Origin: Trypanosoma brucei
Taxonomy: Eukaryota
Length of the DNA stretch: 64,000 nt
Direction: 5' to 3'
NCBI GenBank assembly: GCA_000002445.1
Contig: CP000066.1
Location: 1,184,001-1,248,000 of the forward strand
The translations under genes were made by a program, and so were the position numbers. Positions 11,175-22,169 of the stretch are shown here, in pieces. The notes under the pieces were generated by a model. The model was not told the DNA's origin, searched no databases, and worked only from the letters and a program-made list of their open reading frames with translations. The stretch's first letter is position 1. Each line of letters starts with the position of its first letter.

Positions 11175-11777
11175 TCAATTTGTCGCCCCACCCTCTTCTA
11201 CTAACAACTTACTTACGAGTTCCTGCAGCTTCTGCTCGCTCGCCCCTTCCAAGTGACCAATAATGCGACCACAGCGATATGCCACAAATGTGGGAACGCT
11301 GCGTATATCGTGTAACGCACTAATTACCGGATTCTCATCCGTGTCTACTGAAATAATGCGTACGCCACGAGTGACGCCCTCCCGCAGCACACCGAGTGCC
11401 TCAGGAGAAACCGCGACATCCGCAAATGTAATCCCCAACAATCTCAGCAACCTTTGCGTTAGTCCTAACGTATCCTCTTGTGAACAAGCGTGTGATGAGC
11501 TACATTGGGGAATGGAAGAGGAAACGACGCCCTGTTCCTTCTCCGTTTCCATTTCTTCTAACGCCCGCGTGATGGATATGCACGGCTTACACCGATTGGT
11601 GTGGAAGTACACTAAAACAGCTGCATCAGCGTTTACATGATCGGTGAATATCCTCAGCTGCCCGCTCAAGCAGGCACCGCTCCGCCGTAGCGCATAACCT
11701 CGTATAGCTTCTTGCCGTAACCGACTAACATTTAAAATAGACGTGACGTAACGGCGGAGGCCCACGGTAGCAGACAT
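11175..11777 (-). CDS. Thioredoxin-like protein, probably mitochondrial.
   Basis: The 200-aa ORF has a CKPC (CxxC) motif after a beta-strand (AVLVYFHTNRCKPCISI) and a cis-Pro region (RSVPTFVAYRCGRIIGHLEG) typical of the thioredoxin fold. The N-terminus is Arg-rich and presequence-like (MSATVGLRRYVTSILNVSRLRQ). Confidence 0.5.
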   Translation of the reverse strand: MSATVGLRRYVTSILNVSRLRQEAIRGYALRRSGACLSGQLRIFTDHVNADAAVLVYFHTNRCKPCISITRALEEMETEKEQGVVSSSIPQCSSSHACSQEDTLGLTQRLLRLLGITFADVAVSPEALGVLREGVTRGVRIISVDTDENPVISALHDIRSVPTFVAYRCGRIIGHLEGASEQKLQELVSKLLVEEGGATN

Positions 11778-12060
11778 GTATTAAAACTCCTCACGGGAGG
11801 CACAAGCGGTAGACTTCTGAGGTTATGGGTGCGCTTCCATGCAGCAGTGGAGGGGGCGAATAAAAAGAGGCAAAAACAAGTGCTCAAAGGAAACAACAGG
11901 AGAAAAAACAAACACGTGACGGGGGGAATACGACCGACAACCAAGTGAAGACAGCGATGTTAAGGCACTAGGCCGGAATAAGGGAAGTTCCGCCGTCACA
12001 ATTACAATTCGGAGAAAAGTTCACACCGCGAATGGGTAAACAATTGTTTATGCGAGGCGC

Positions 12061-12083
12061 GGGGGGGGGAAAGGGGGGGGGGG
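12061..12083 (+). repeat. Homopolymeric G tract (G9-AAA-G11), a potential G-quadruplex-forming sequence.
   Basis: Direct reading shows ggggggggg aaa ggggggggggg in intergenic DNA between two minus-strand genes. Confidence 0.8.
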
Positions 12084-12903
12084 CATTTATCCTAAAAAAA
12101 AATGAACATCAGAGAAAAAACGAAGGACTGACACAGGAGGGCTGGCAAACGAAGAAAAAAAACAGAAAAGTTAAAGGGATTGTCTCCCCCATCCGTTTTT
12201 TTCCTACTGCACTCGTGCTCCCTTTCCTAAACAAATCATGCGCATTGGGCAAAAGGAACAAACAAGCACGCCCAAAGACAAACACAGATGCATACATACA
12301 ATTGAAAGAAAAGAAAACATATAAAAGGGTCCCCTTTGGACGCTCCTTAAATCACCCTGAGAGGCAAATGCACACTACTCGCTGTAAATATATATATATA
12401 TATATTAATGTATTTATGTATTAATTTACCCATCTACACCAACCCACCCACACACACACATATACACACAGGGAGAAACCCGTTGTCTCACGGACCCAAA
12501 TAAAAATATCACAGACATATATATTTATATACCAATTACATAGTAAATGTGTGACAACAAGATACGGCTCAGCCCTGTTGCATCACCTGTCGCACTCAAA
12601 TAGTAGGCGCATACAAACTGCAGCTGTTGCGCATTGCCCACCTAATCATTAACGGTAACATTCACAGTGGCAAAACGCCGATAAAAAACTGGGAAAGGTA
12701 GGCAAAGGAAAATAATAAAGAAAAAAAGTAATAAGTTTAAATGTCTGAATATGAATATGGGAGGGTAACGATCCTCATACCACACAAGCGGTACCTATTA
12801 TGTGAAAAAAGAAAAGAAAAAAAAAAAACACAAGCGATGCAGCATCTCCAGTTTGTCCGTGCCATTTTCCGAGTGCACCACCACGAGGAACAAAACTCGT
12901 GGA

Positions 12904-13662
12904 TCACGTTGATGTATCATACGGAGGACCCAAAAAAGATGAAACAATATCTTTCCATTCCGACTTCTCGGCCTCCACCAAGCCTGAATCCGTGTGTAAT
13001 AATGTTTGCCATAAACTTGCGATATTGTCCTGTTGCTCCTCCATAAGTGAGGCAGCATCCTCTGTGGGAGTGTCTGTTATGCGTGCTGCATTTATCGTTA
13101 AAACTAATAACATGAGAAGTGCACGGCGGCGCTGATGTCGTCGATCTCCATCATCCTCCGGAGATGCACAATTTTCACCTACCAATCTCCGAATCGCAAG
13201 CAAGAACTCATCAACTTTCGTCTCTACTGAAGTTAGGTCTGCATAGTCATCTGTATCGCAGAAGCTAATGCCTTCTCTACTCTCATCGTAGTCATCTGGT
13301 GGTTGCATTGTTTTATAAAAATCAGCCAACGCCTCTTGCATCATTACTGTGATGTTTGCGATATCCTCGTCATTCTCCACTTCTGCCATTAGACGACGCC
13401 ATTGAACCGCTTTGGATGTGCTACGATATTTCTTCCGCGCGTCGTCCAACTCCTTCTGCAAAAGACCCATCGCCTCCTCCAGCTGGTTAACTTTTTCAGC
13501 TTGTGCCTTACACTGCACCTCCAACGCAGCAATTGCCTCAGGCGTTAAGTCCTCAACCGTTAGTTGCAACATGAAGTAAATTATCAGTAGCGCCCAGGTA
13601 GAAGATAAAATAACGGCAAATACAAGCGGTAGGTTAATTAAAACAGACACGTACGCGCGCAC
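12904..13662 (-). CDS. Hypothetical protein with an N-terminal signal-anchor or transmembrane helix followed by a coiled-coil.
   Basis: The 252-aa ORF has a hydrophobic N-terminus (LINLPLVFAVILSSTWALLIIYFML) followed by a heptad-like charged region (QCKAQAEKVNQLEEAMGLLQKELDDARKKYR). It fits the same-strand gene arrangement. Confidence 0.4.
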   Translation of the reverse strand: MRAYVSVLINLPLVFAVILSSTWALLIIYFMLQLTVEDLTPEAIAALEVQCKAQAEKVNQLEEAMGLLQKELDDARKKYRSTSKAVQWRRLMAEVENDEDIANITVMMQEALADFYKTMQPPDDYDESREGISFCDTDDYADLTSVETKVDEFLLAIRRLVGENCASPEDDGDRRHQRRRALLMLLVLTINAARITDTPTEDAASLMEEQQDNIASLWQTLLHTDSGLVEAEKSEWKDIVSSFLGPPYDTST

Positions 13663-14787
13663 ACACAGACCGATTAGCTAAATTCTTTCTTCCTTCAATT
13701 TATACTACGTTATGGCTTGGAAGTTCGACAAACTACTCATTCAGTTGGATAGCAAAAGAAAAAAAAGAAGACCAACAGGAGGGCAACGAAATGCATGTAA
13801 CGATACAAAAGAAAATAAAGAACCAAGCAAAAAAAAAAAACTCGAGCGAAAAAGAAAAACAACTTACTAAAAGTGGCGCCGTCACCTCTCAGAGGCGGGA
13901 GAGAAACGGAGGCACACGTAGACGCGGGCGCACATAAGTGGATATTCGTTTCTAAACATTTAAATATTTGTTAATTTATTTACAATTGAGAGGTGGGTAA
14001 AAAAAAAAAAGAAAGAAAGGAACGATAGACCTTCACGCAGAATGAAGAAATTTTGATGACGAAGACGAATCCTCCCCGTTTGCTCTCGCCCCGCACACAC
14101 ATCAAAAACAAAACAGAAGATCGATCACCTCAATGGCATATGCAACCAAGCGCACGAATTAAGGAGCAGAAAAGAAAAGGGATACGAAAAAGAACGGACG
14201 CGCACGGGTTTAATGCCGCGCAAAGATATAAGCAAACCAAAAAGAAAAAAAAAACAAACGAAAGGACAAACATATTCCTACAAGAAATTTAACTCAATCG
14301 CTTCGCAGGACGGTAAATCATGACGGAGAGGCAAAGAAGTAGAGTAAATGGGAGGCGAAAAGGAAAAGGAAACACTTATTTTCTCTTATCAATAACTTTT
14401 CCCTTTTCCCTCCTCATTAGGTTCGTTTCTCCCGATAGCAAATAGCGGGCAGACGCATATGAGCCTTTGAATAACAAAAGATGATGAGGAAACATGGGAG
14501 ATAAGAAAAAAAAATGAATAAACACACACATACGCATGTACATCTATACATGCATGTACGTGTTTTCACTTTCCTTTTATTTTTACATAAATCCGTGTAT
14601 CTGTTTATTTGCGTATATATATATATATTTGTGTGTGTGTGAGTGGCATTGGCAGAGGGGGAGGGGAGATGATCATTCGTTGCGCAGTAAAATACAAAAA
14701 AAAAAAACAGAGGCAAACCCAAGAAAAAAATAAAAAGCATTCGTGTAAGAAAAAGGGTAAAGCGGAAACAGATGACCACACGGGGAA

Positions 14788-15894
14788 CTACCGCCTGCTA
14801 TTGCGCGACCTCCGATACCGCTCCTTTGCCTCAGCGAAACGTAGCAGTTCCTCCTCCGTCGCTGCACTCAAATCTAATCCTTTCGGAATAATCGTCTTTT
14901 GCCCGATCTCGTTTAGATTAATCAACACAAAAGAGGCACGGTTTGTGGTAACGACATGGCCATCGCGTTCCACCACAAGTTTGACGTCAACCTCCATTGT
15001 TGTGTTGTGAACATAAATAATATCCGCCTCCAACGTTACCCAATCAGTACCAAACACGGGATGATGGAACTCCACATTATGCATGGCAACCGTTGAGATG
15101 TGACGATTGCCCGTGAACATGCGACCGCAATGAACGGCATGTCGCTCCATCCAACGCATCAATTCACCACCAAAGATGGTTCGGTTATTATTCAGGTGGT
15201 AAAGCAAAAAAATGCGATGGGCAGAGGTGCGCGTGGAGGCGATCGGTACGCGAATGGGTTTGGCCGCGTTAACAGTGCATTCCACATCGCTACAAGTTAT
15301 GGATTTCTTCTGCAAATCAGATGATATCTTTTTTGCCTCAGCGGCAATATTGCGTGCAGCCAAGTAGCCATTGTGGTAACTCACATCATTTTCATCGGTA
15401 AGCTCAACCGCGGGAACGGTTTTAACGGCGCGCAAATTTTCATCAATTGCCACCATCGTGAAATAGCTTTCACCCGTGAGAGATTCGGTTATGGTAGATG
15501 GTGATCGTCTGTAGAAGCGGATGTGAATTCCCATGGAACTGCTTCCGCAGTAAATTAAGCGTCCATGCATGCGAACCACATCACCGTGCAGAACAGGGGA
15601 GTAAAATGTTGTGGTACTTACACCCACTGTGCTGCAGCTTACACGCGGCTTCATGGAGCTGAGATAAACTTCCGAAACGCGTTTGGCGCATAAATCCATC
15701 ATTGCCAGTAACTCACCCGCTGCCAGTCGGTTTTCTGACCACAGTTCCTTTCCCACAAGGTCTGTCCAGTCCACACTAGCAACAGGCTTCGTGCCGTTTT
15801 TACTATTGCCTACGACAAGTTGCCGCCGGCTGCTCAAACACCCGCCACATAAAAACGGGATTAAATGCGATGGGGTAAAACAGCGACGCAACAT
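14788..15894 (-). CDS. Acyl-CoA thioesterase-like protein with two tandem hotdog-fold domains (ACOT9-like, probably mitochondrial).
   Basis: The 368-aa ORF shows two hotdog-type segments. One is MHGRLIYCGSSSMGIHIRF...FTMVAIDENLRAVKTVPAVELTD. The other is LNNNRTIFGGELMRWMERHAVHCGRMF...NVEFHHPVFGTDWVTLEADIIYVHNTTMEVDVKLVVE. Together they resemble the BFIT/ACOT9 family. Confidence 0.5.
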   Translation of the reverse strand: MLRRCFTPSHLIPFLCGGCLSSRRQLVVGNSKNGTKPVASVDWTDLVGKELWSENRLAAGELLAMMDLCAKRVSEVYLSSMKPRVSCSTVGVSTTTFYSPVLHGDVVRMHGRLIYCGSSSMGIHIRFYRRSPSTITESLTGESYFTMVAIDENLRAVKTVPAVELTDENDVSYHNGYLAARNIAAEAKKISSDLQKKSITCSDVECTVNAAKPIRVPIASTRTSAHRIFLLYHLNNNRTIFGGELMRWMERHAVHCGRMFTGNRHISTVAMHNVEFHHPVFGTDWVTLEADIIYVHNTTMEVDVKLVVERDGHVVTTNRASFVLINLNEIGQKTIIPKGLDLSAATEEELLRFAEAKERYRRSRNSRR

Positions 15895-18461
15895 TTAACC
15901 CTTTCCTCCACTTTGGCTTGCTTTCTTTTCCTTTCCTCTTTAAACTCAATTCCTTTCGCCTTACCTGCCCTATTGTTATGACAACTCTGCGGGTACGGAC
16001 GCAACCCTATAGCAGCAATGCACACTACCCGATTGCAAAATATCCAAATTGTTCCCTCTCTGTTTTGTTTCCTTCTATCACTTTCGCTATTCTTAAATAA
16101 CGTTAAGTTCCAAAGCTTATCTCCTTGCCTTTTTTTTTTCCACCTTCCTCTCTCTCTTTCTTTCTCTTTTTCTCTTTGTTGCTTTATTGTCAGCTTCTCT
16201 CCAGTCCTTCTGCTTTGCTTGTGACGCAATACACGATCCGAAATCACAGTCAATTAATTAACAAGAGATGTGGGAAAAAGAAAGAGTAACTTAAGGTACT
16301 GAAGAGTTGAGGTTTGGATCCTGCAGCTCCACAGATTTATACACAAGTGAGGCGACAATGCATTTTTTTTCTTTTTTTTTTTTACGGACGCACGTTCAAC
16401 ACGTGCGCTGCACCCATGAAGCAGACCGTTAAAAGGGAGGGGAGAGGGAGAAACATTTGAAAAAAAAAAGGAAACGAAACACAAAATAAATGTGCATAAA
16501 ATATAAATCTAAACACAAATGGATCATATGTGTTGTACAAATCGTGGTAGTGAATGCACATGTTGACCACTTAATATACTTTATATTCCTTCATTCGATC
16601 CCTTCATATTTCCTTTTTTTTATATTCCTAACCCTTTACCTTCATTTGCCATTTTCATGTTATTCCCAATACTTAACTCTTTGTTGTTTTATTACTTTTT
16701 TTTTTCCTTTTTACTCACCCCCTTTTTTGTTCCTCCCTCTCTAACCTCCTTCATTCGATGCATTTACATTTATTACTTCATACCGCTTTCATCAGTACAT
16801 ACGTTTATTGAACAAATACACATCTGCCACAAGTCTAGATATTACGCAAACACACATCTCTTTTTTTTTCTTTTTATTTTTCTTTTTTTTTCCCCCTCCC
16901 CCCGCTGCACGGCTCAACCATTTCATTTAATAAAAAGAAATTACCTCCACTGGTGAGTGATCAGAAAAGGGGGAAAGATCAAGATAGAGATAAGGAAATA
17001 GAGATAAGGAAATAGGGAAAAAGGAAAAAAAAAGCAAAAGAAAGATTAGAAGGCGGAGAACACAGCTGAAGTGGTGGGGTGCCACCACAAGCGCGGATTT
17101 CTTATTGAGTTTTTTTTTTTAATTTCATCTTTTAAAAGGAACTCGACACTGGAAGAATCACAGCCGCGAGACAGGCACTACACAAAACAAATTAAAACAA
17201 AAACAGCTTGATATATCATTTCACACTGAGCAGAAAATGGCGAGCAGAAATTTTATAAAACAAAAAAAAAAGAGGAAAAGATAAAAAACAACAACAACAA
17301 CAATATAAGGAGACACAAACATGCACTCGCACATACAGAGATTTAAATATATAAATAAATATATATATATATATACGAAAGTGCACATCATTTGTTATAA
17401 TTGTAATTATAATTGTTACTGTAGCGATTGTTACCATCACGATTAAGTGAAAAGAGGGAGCGCCATATCTTCCCTGATATCTTGCTTGACTGCGCTCTCT
17501 GTTATTCTCCTCTTTTTGCTTATGTGTGTGGTTAGGGGTCTTAACTCCTTTATTTTATTTTTCATTCGACTTAAGGTTTGATTTCTTTAGAAGTCCGCTT
17601 CCACCAGGTCACAATCATTTTTTTTTCCTTCGTTATACTTCATATATTTTCCTCATCACTCTGCTTTCCTCGTTTCATCAAATACAGCTCAATAAAAACA
17701 ACAATAATTTTAATATTTATTAACAATACAAGCGTTAAGAATATGATAAATAAAAATGATGGTGATAACAGAACGTGCCGAAATACATACATATATATTA
17801 AAAGGTAAAGGTAAAGATAAATGATATATATATATATATATATTATTTATTGATTTAAAAAAAAAAAACCGACACACACAACCAGTTAGGCGTTACAATT
17901 TCTCTCCTTGCAGGAGTTGGAAACAAAGAAAAAAAAAAAGGGAGCCTGTAGAGAAACAAACAAAACACTGCGCGTGAGGGGAAATAATGACGCTGAACCA
18001 ACTTTTAAAAAAAACGGGTGGAAGAACAACTTCGATGACGGTAATGACATACGGAAGAAAGGGAAAGAGGAGGAGAAAATATTAGCAAAATACGCACGCA
18101 AGAAAAATAATAATAATAATAAAAGGAGAACAACAAGCGAAAAAAAAAAAGACAGCTGATTATTCCATATTGGGAAGCCTGCGGCGAACACCACCCAAAC
18201 TGATACATTTTATCTGTTCTGCAATCCGTTTGGTATTGGAGATGATCGCAAAAGTGGGTTAAGGGGCAAAAACGCAAAAAAAAAAAGAGGAGGGAGGGAA
18301 GGGATGGGCAATAAGCAAATATCACATTTTTGAGAAAGAAAAAAAAACAGGAGCAAACATCAGGGGACGCTTGCACTTGCTTGCCTCTGCTCCGGATGTA
18401 CCCCACCTTCCGTCACACGTCATGTGTGCTCCCCCGCCACACATACACAAAAAAAAGTCAT

Positions 18462-18493
<32 letters not shown>

Positions 18494-18788
18494 GTATATG
18501 TATAGATGAACCCAAGCCCGTGTCAACAAAGTTAATTCCTACCATAAACATCAGTTACGGGTGATGATATATCAATGTCATCATTGCTTTTGCCAGACGA
18601 CACTCTCCCCGCTACCATCGTTAAATGTGTCACTTCATATATATATATATATATATATAAACACGCATACGCATGTGTATACCGCTTTCTACCGCACTGT
18701 TTGCCTCAGCAATGGTTTGTGGACTTCCGGGGAGGGGGTGGTGGTACGAACTCCATCTACAGGGTTTTTTTTAAAAAAAGAAGGAGTC
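15895..18788. other. An unusually long (~2.9 kb) low-complexity intergenic region (presumably the 3'UTR of the MORN gene plus the 5'UTR of the thioesterase gene) that is strongly CT-rich on the plus strand.
   Basis: No ORF with plausible composition. There are long CT/T-rich and poly(A)/(TA)n tracts. The only listed ORFs are low-complexity artefacts such as 15861..16253. Confidence 0.5.
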
Positions 18789-21563
18789 CTACATGAGGCT
18801 GGCAAGATCCTGCAGGGCGGTACGTCGCTCTTGCTGGAGAGTCTGCAGGGAATCTGGGTCGGGTTTCTTCTCAGGTGTCACGGGATCTGCTGAGCTCCAT
18901 GTGGCGGATCTTGCCGTTTTTGCCGTCCAAATCCGATCGTTGACGTTCTGAAGCGATTCAGTTAATCTTCGTATCTCGTGTTCCCTGTGGTCGGGTGTGC
19001 CGCTGTTTCTCACCACAGAACCACTCAGTGCAGGAAAGCGCTGGCCATTTGAACTGGCTACCCGAGGCTCCAAACACAATGGGGGGCTAAGAGGCCGAAG
19101 GCTGTCATTTCTCATCGTTGAGGCGCTCGTTCTCACCAACGCGTCCCGTTCCAGTGAGAAGTTGGTCCCGCTCATTCTTGGACCGGGAAATAAAAAAGGA
19201 GCGCTGGGAGACTTTGGTGAAAACGAGGGGGAGCCTTGGCCTGCGTTTCTCACCCTGACTTGCCCAATTGGGTAGGGATCTGCCAAAGAGGCTTCCCCGT
19301 CACGTCGTGGAGTTTGAATTTGAATTTGGGGAAGTGGCACAAACTGCTTTTCTACACATGCGGGTGGTACCGGTTTTACTCCCCCAAACGGCGGCGAGCC
19401 CGTGTTAGGGGATCCACACACTGCTAATGAAACATTGCCATGACAAGCCTTCCTTGAGGGCAACGAACGGCAAATTTTTATCCCAACAGCGGAGATGTCG
19501 GCACTTTCGGAGGTGTTTGTATCGGTCGACATATGTTTTGATACGGCGTCGGACAGATCGCCGCTGGTTGCGGGATCCACCTTATCGATGAGCTCATCAA
19601 AATCCAATATGCCCTCTGTATAACTGCGCCTTGAGCGGATTCCGTTGCTTGAGGTGTACAACCCCTCTCCAACCAGAACATTGCGCTTCCAAGTACACTC
19701 CAACTTGCCCCCCTCAAAAAACATATAAACGCCGGGACCGTCACGGTGCGGAATCAAGTCGCCGCTGGACACGATACCTCCCTCGTACACATCACCGTGT
19801 GCGTAAAGAATGCGGCCAGTACCAAAGGCAGCGCCATTTCTGTACTTGCCCTGAAATACCGTTCCGTTTTTGTGAATGGCCTCTCCATCCCCACTCATTT
19901 TCCCGTTAATAAATTCACCCTTGAGAATGTGGCCCTCCCTCGTGGTCATCTTGCCGGCTCCAGTCATCTCTCCCGAGATGAAGTTACCCTCATACACTTC
20001 ACCGCTGCGAATCAGACAGAGTTTTCCCTCTCCGTGTTTATTGCCTTGGCTAAACTTTCCCGTGTAAGTACGCTCATATGGAACGATCTCGGTGCCGAGC
20101 CCATCCACGAGTCCCTTGGACCATTGGCCCTTGTAGCTGTATCCCCCGTGCAACTTCAGCAAGCCTTCCCCGTCGAAATAACCCTCCTTCCATCCGCCCT
20201 CGTACGTGTTCTCAACGCTGGCACCGACCGTCCATGACGCTTTTCCAGTTCCATTTGGTAATCCCTTAACGAACGAACCGGTGTAACTAACCGATGAGCA
20301 GGTTAGTGTCCCCTCTCCATGGGGGAAGCCACGCAGTACATCCCCGCAGTACGTGCGATCAATTTGGTCCCATATCCACTGACCTTTGCCATTGGGTAAT
20401 CCATCGGTCCACGAGCCCTTGTAACGACCAGAAAAGTTGTATTTTGGAAGGAAACCACGGGGTTCCAGGGGGCTCTCCTCACTGAGAGTGTCGGTGTCCG
20501 GATTCGCAGCAAGAAACACACCCTCACCGCTACCTTTGGGGAGGCCCGCTACGAACTCACCGTCGTACTGAAGTATAAAATCCCCGATCTCGGGAAGGGT
20601 GACTGGTTTCTTGAGCAGCACGCCCTTCCCATGTGGCTTGCTCATGCGCACTGATCCTCTGTAGCTGTACCCTTCCCTGTACTCGATTACTGCATTGTCA
20701 CCTGTCAACTCCCCGCGTACGGCAGGCCCACAATAATATACCAGGGACGGATCAGCCCTCGGTATCTTATCTCCTGTAATTGTCACTACGCCCTCGAGGG
20801 AACCATAGTGCCACTCACCGCGATACTCGGCACCCGATATAATCATAACGCCGGGACCGTGCCGCCTGTCGCATTCGAAAGATCCTTTGAACACACACCC
20901 AGTGCTTGAACGGTGCACGCCCTTACCGTGTCGGTGTAATCCCTCAATTTCACCCTCGTAGGTGGAGCCATCTGAATATTTCAGCGTTCCAGCACCTTTC
21001 GGGACATCATCAACAAACGTACCAACGTAGCTTGAAACGTGAGACTCTCCAGGTATGGGCTTATATCCGGGGATAGAGGCGTTTTTACCCACTTCCAACT
21101 CCCCACGCCCGTGGCGCTTGTCATCAAGCCACTCTCCCTTGTACACGCTTCCGTTTTTGTAACGGCAGGTGCCATCTTGGCCCCTTCGCTTGCCGTTGGC
21201 AAAAGGACCTGTGTAATCCACAAAGTCATCCGATTCTTCGTTCCCAAAAAGAATGCCCATGCCGTGCATATTGTCTTTAAGCCACCCCCCCTCATACCTC
21301 CTTCCATCTGAGAAGACACAAATACCGCTGCCATTGCGGTCCCCTTCAAAGAAGTTGCCTTCATACGTAAACCCGTTTTCCCCCGGTAGTACGTACGTAC
21401 CTTTCCCGTGAGGCCTATCATCGCGCCACATGCCTGTGTAGGTGGCTCGATTTGCCTTCCAGAAAACTTCAGCGTGATCAGCACCACATGACTTCTGACG
21501 TGTTTCCCCCCTATAGCGGCTGTCGCTCGGATGCCCCATCACCTCGTGAGATCCTTTCTCCAC
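18789..21563 (-). CDS. MORN repeat-containing protein with about 20 MORN repeats and a Ser/Pro-rich C-terminal region.
   Basis: The 924-aa ORF has many YxGxWxxDxxHGxG repeats (YTGMWRDDRPHGKGTYV, YEGGWLKDNMHGMGIL, YKGEWLDDKRHGRGEL, and others). The C-terminal ~250 aa are low-complexity and S/P-rich. Confidence 0.75.
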   Translation of the reverse strand: MEKGSHEVMGHPSDSRYRGETRQKSCGADHAEVFWKANRATYTGMWRDDRPHGKGTYVLPGENGFTYEGNFFEGDRNGSGICVFSDGRRYEGGWLKDNMHGMGILFGNEESDDFVDYTGPFANGKRRGQDGTCRYKNGSVYKGEWLDDKRHGRGELEVGKNASIPGYKPIPGESHVSSYVGTFVDDVPKGAGTLKYSDGSTYEGEIEGLHRHGKGVHRSSTGCVFKGSFECDRRHGPGVMIISGAEYRGEWHYGSLEGVVTITGDKIPRADPSLVYYCGPAVRGELTGDNAVIEYREGYSYRGSVRMSKPHGKGVLLKKPVTLPEIGDFILQYDGEFVAGLPKGSGEGVFLAANPDTDTLSEESPLEPRGFLPKYNFSGRYKGSWTDGLPNGKGQWIWDQIDRTYCGDVLRGFPHGEGTLTCSSVSYTGSFVKGLPNGTGKASWTVGASVENTYEGGWKEGYFDGEGLLKLHGGYSYKGQWSKGLVDGLGTEIVPYERTYTGKFSQGNKHGEGKLCLIRSGEVYEGNFISGEMTGAGKMTTREGHILKGEFINGKMSGDGEAIHKNGTVFQGKYRNGAAFGTGRILYAHGDVYEGGIVSSGDLIPHRDGPGVYMFFEGGKLECTWKRNVLVGEGLYTSSNGIRSRRSYTEGILDFDELIDKVDPATSGDLSDAVSKHMSTDTNTSESADISAVGIKICRSLPSRKACHGNVSLAVCGSPNTGSPPFGGVKPVPPACVEKQFVPLPQIQIQTPRRDGEASLADPYPIGQVRVRNAGQGSPSFSPKSPSAPFLFPGPRMSGTNFSLERDALVRTSASTMRNDSLRPLSPPLCLEPRVASSNGQRFPALSGSVVRNSGTPDHREHEIRRLTESLQNVNDRIWTAKTARSATWSSADPVTPEKKPDPDSLQTLQQERRTALQDLASLM

Positions 21564-22169
21564 TCGCGTCCCCTACAGAATCCTCACCGCTACTTTCTCC
21601 TGCAGTCTTTTTTTTTTTAATTACTAATGGAAGCTGATTTTGGCAGTCAATACTTGCAACGGGCACTACTGGCGGGTTTTTTAAAATAGCAGTCAATAGA
21701 CAAAGGATAAGCAGAAAAAAAAAAGAAAACGGTAATGACAATAACAATAAATGGGATAGACGGATCAAATAGTCCGGGATGTCGTTATGCATCACCCAGA
21801 GTTGAAATACCTTCTAACAACACCACCTTTTAAAACAATTACCCGGGATAACAAGTTCTTTCTAAACCAAGAGAGAGATGTTACCGGTGGCACAAACCCA
21901 TTACTAAGTATCATTGAGAAAAATTACGAACAAAGTAACTAAACAAATAACGAAACCAGCATCTGTCGATAACGGAAGTAAGGAAGTGAAACAAGTTGAA
22001 GCAAAGAAAAGAAGTGCATGTAAAGGTGTCAACACCAACACACCTCAACAACAACAAAATAGTACTTAAAACGTAAAAAGAAAGAACGGTTTAAGCGAAC
22101 GACATGAATCGGTCAGCGTAGGAGTACTGAAAGGATGCAGACGTGAGGACACAGGAGGAACCACGGTAT

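Noticed and set aside
15861-16253. A 130-aa minus-strand ORF upstream of the thioesterase gene.
   Set aside because: It is an extreme low-complexity K/E/R translation of a CT-rich tract, not a credible protein.
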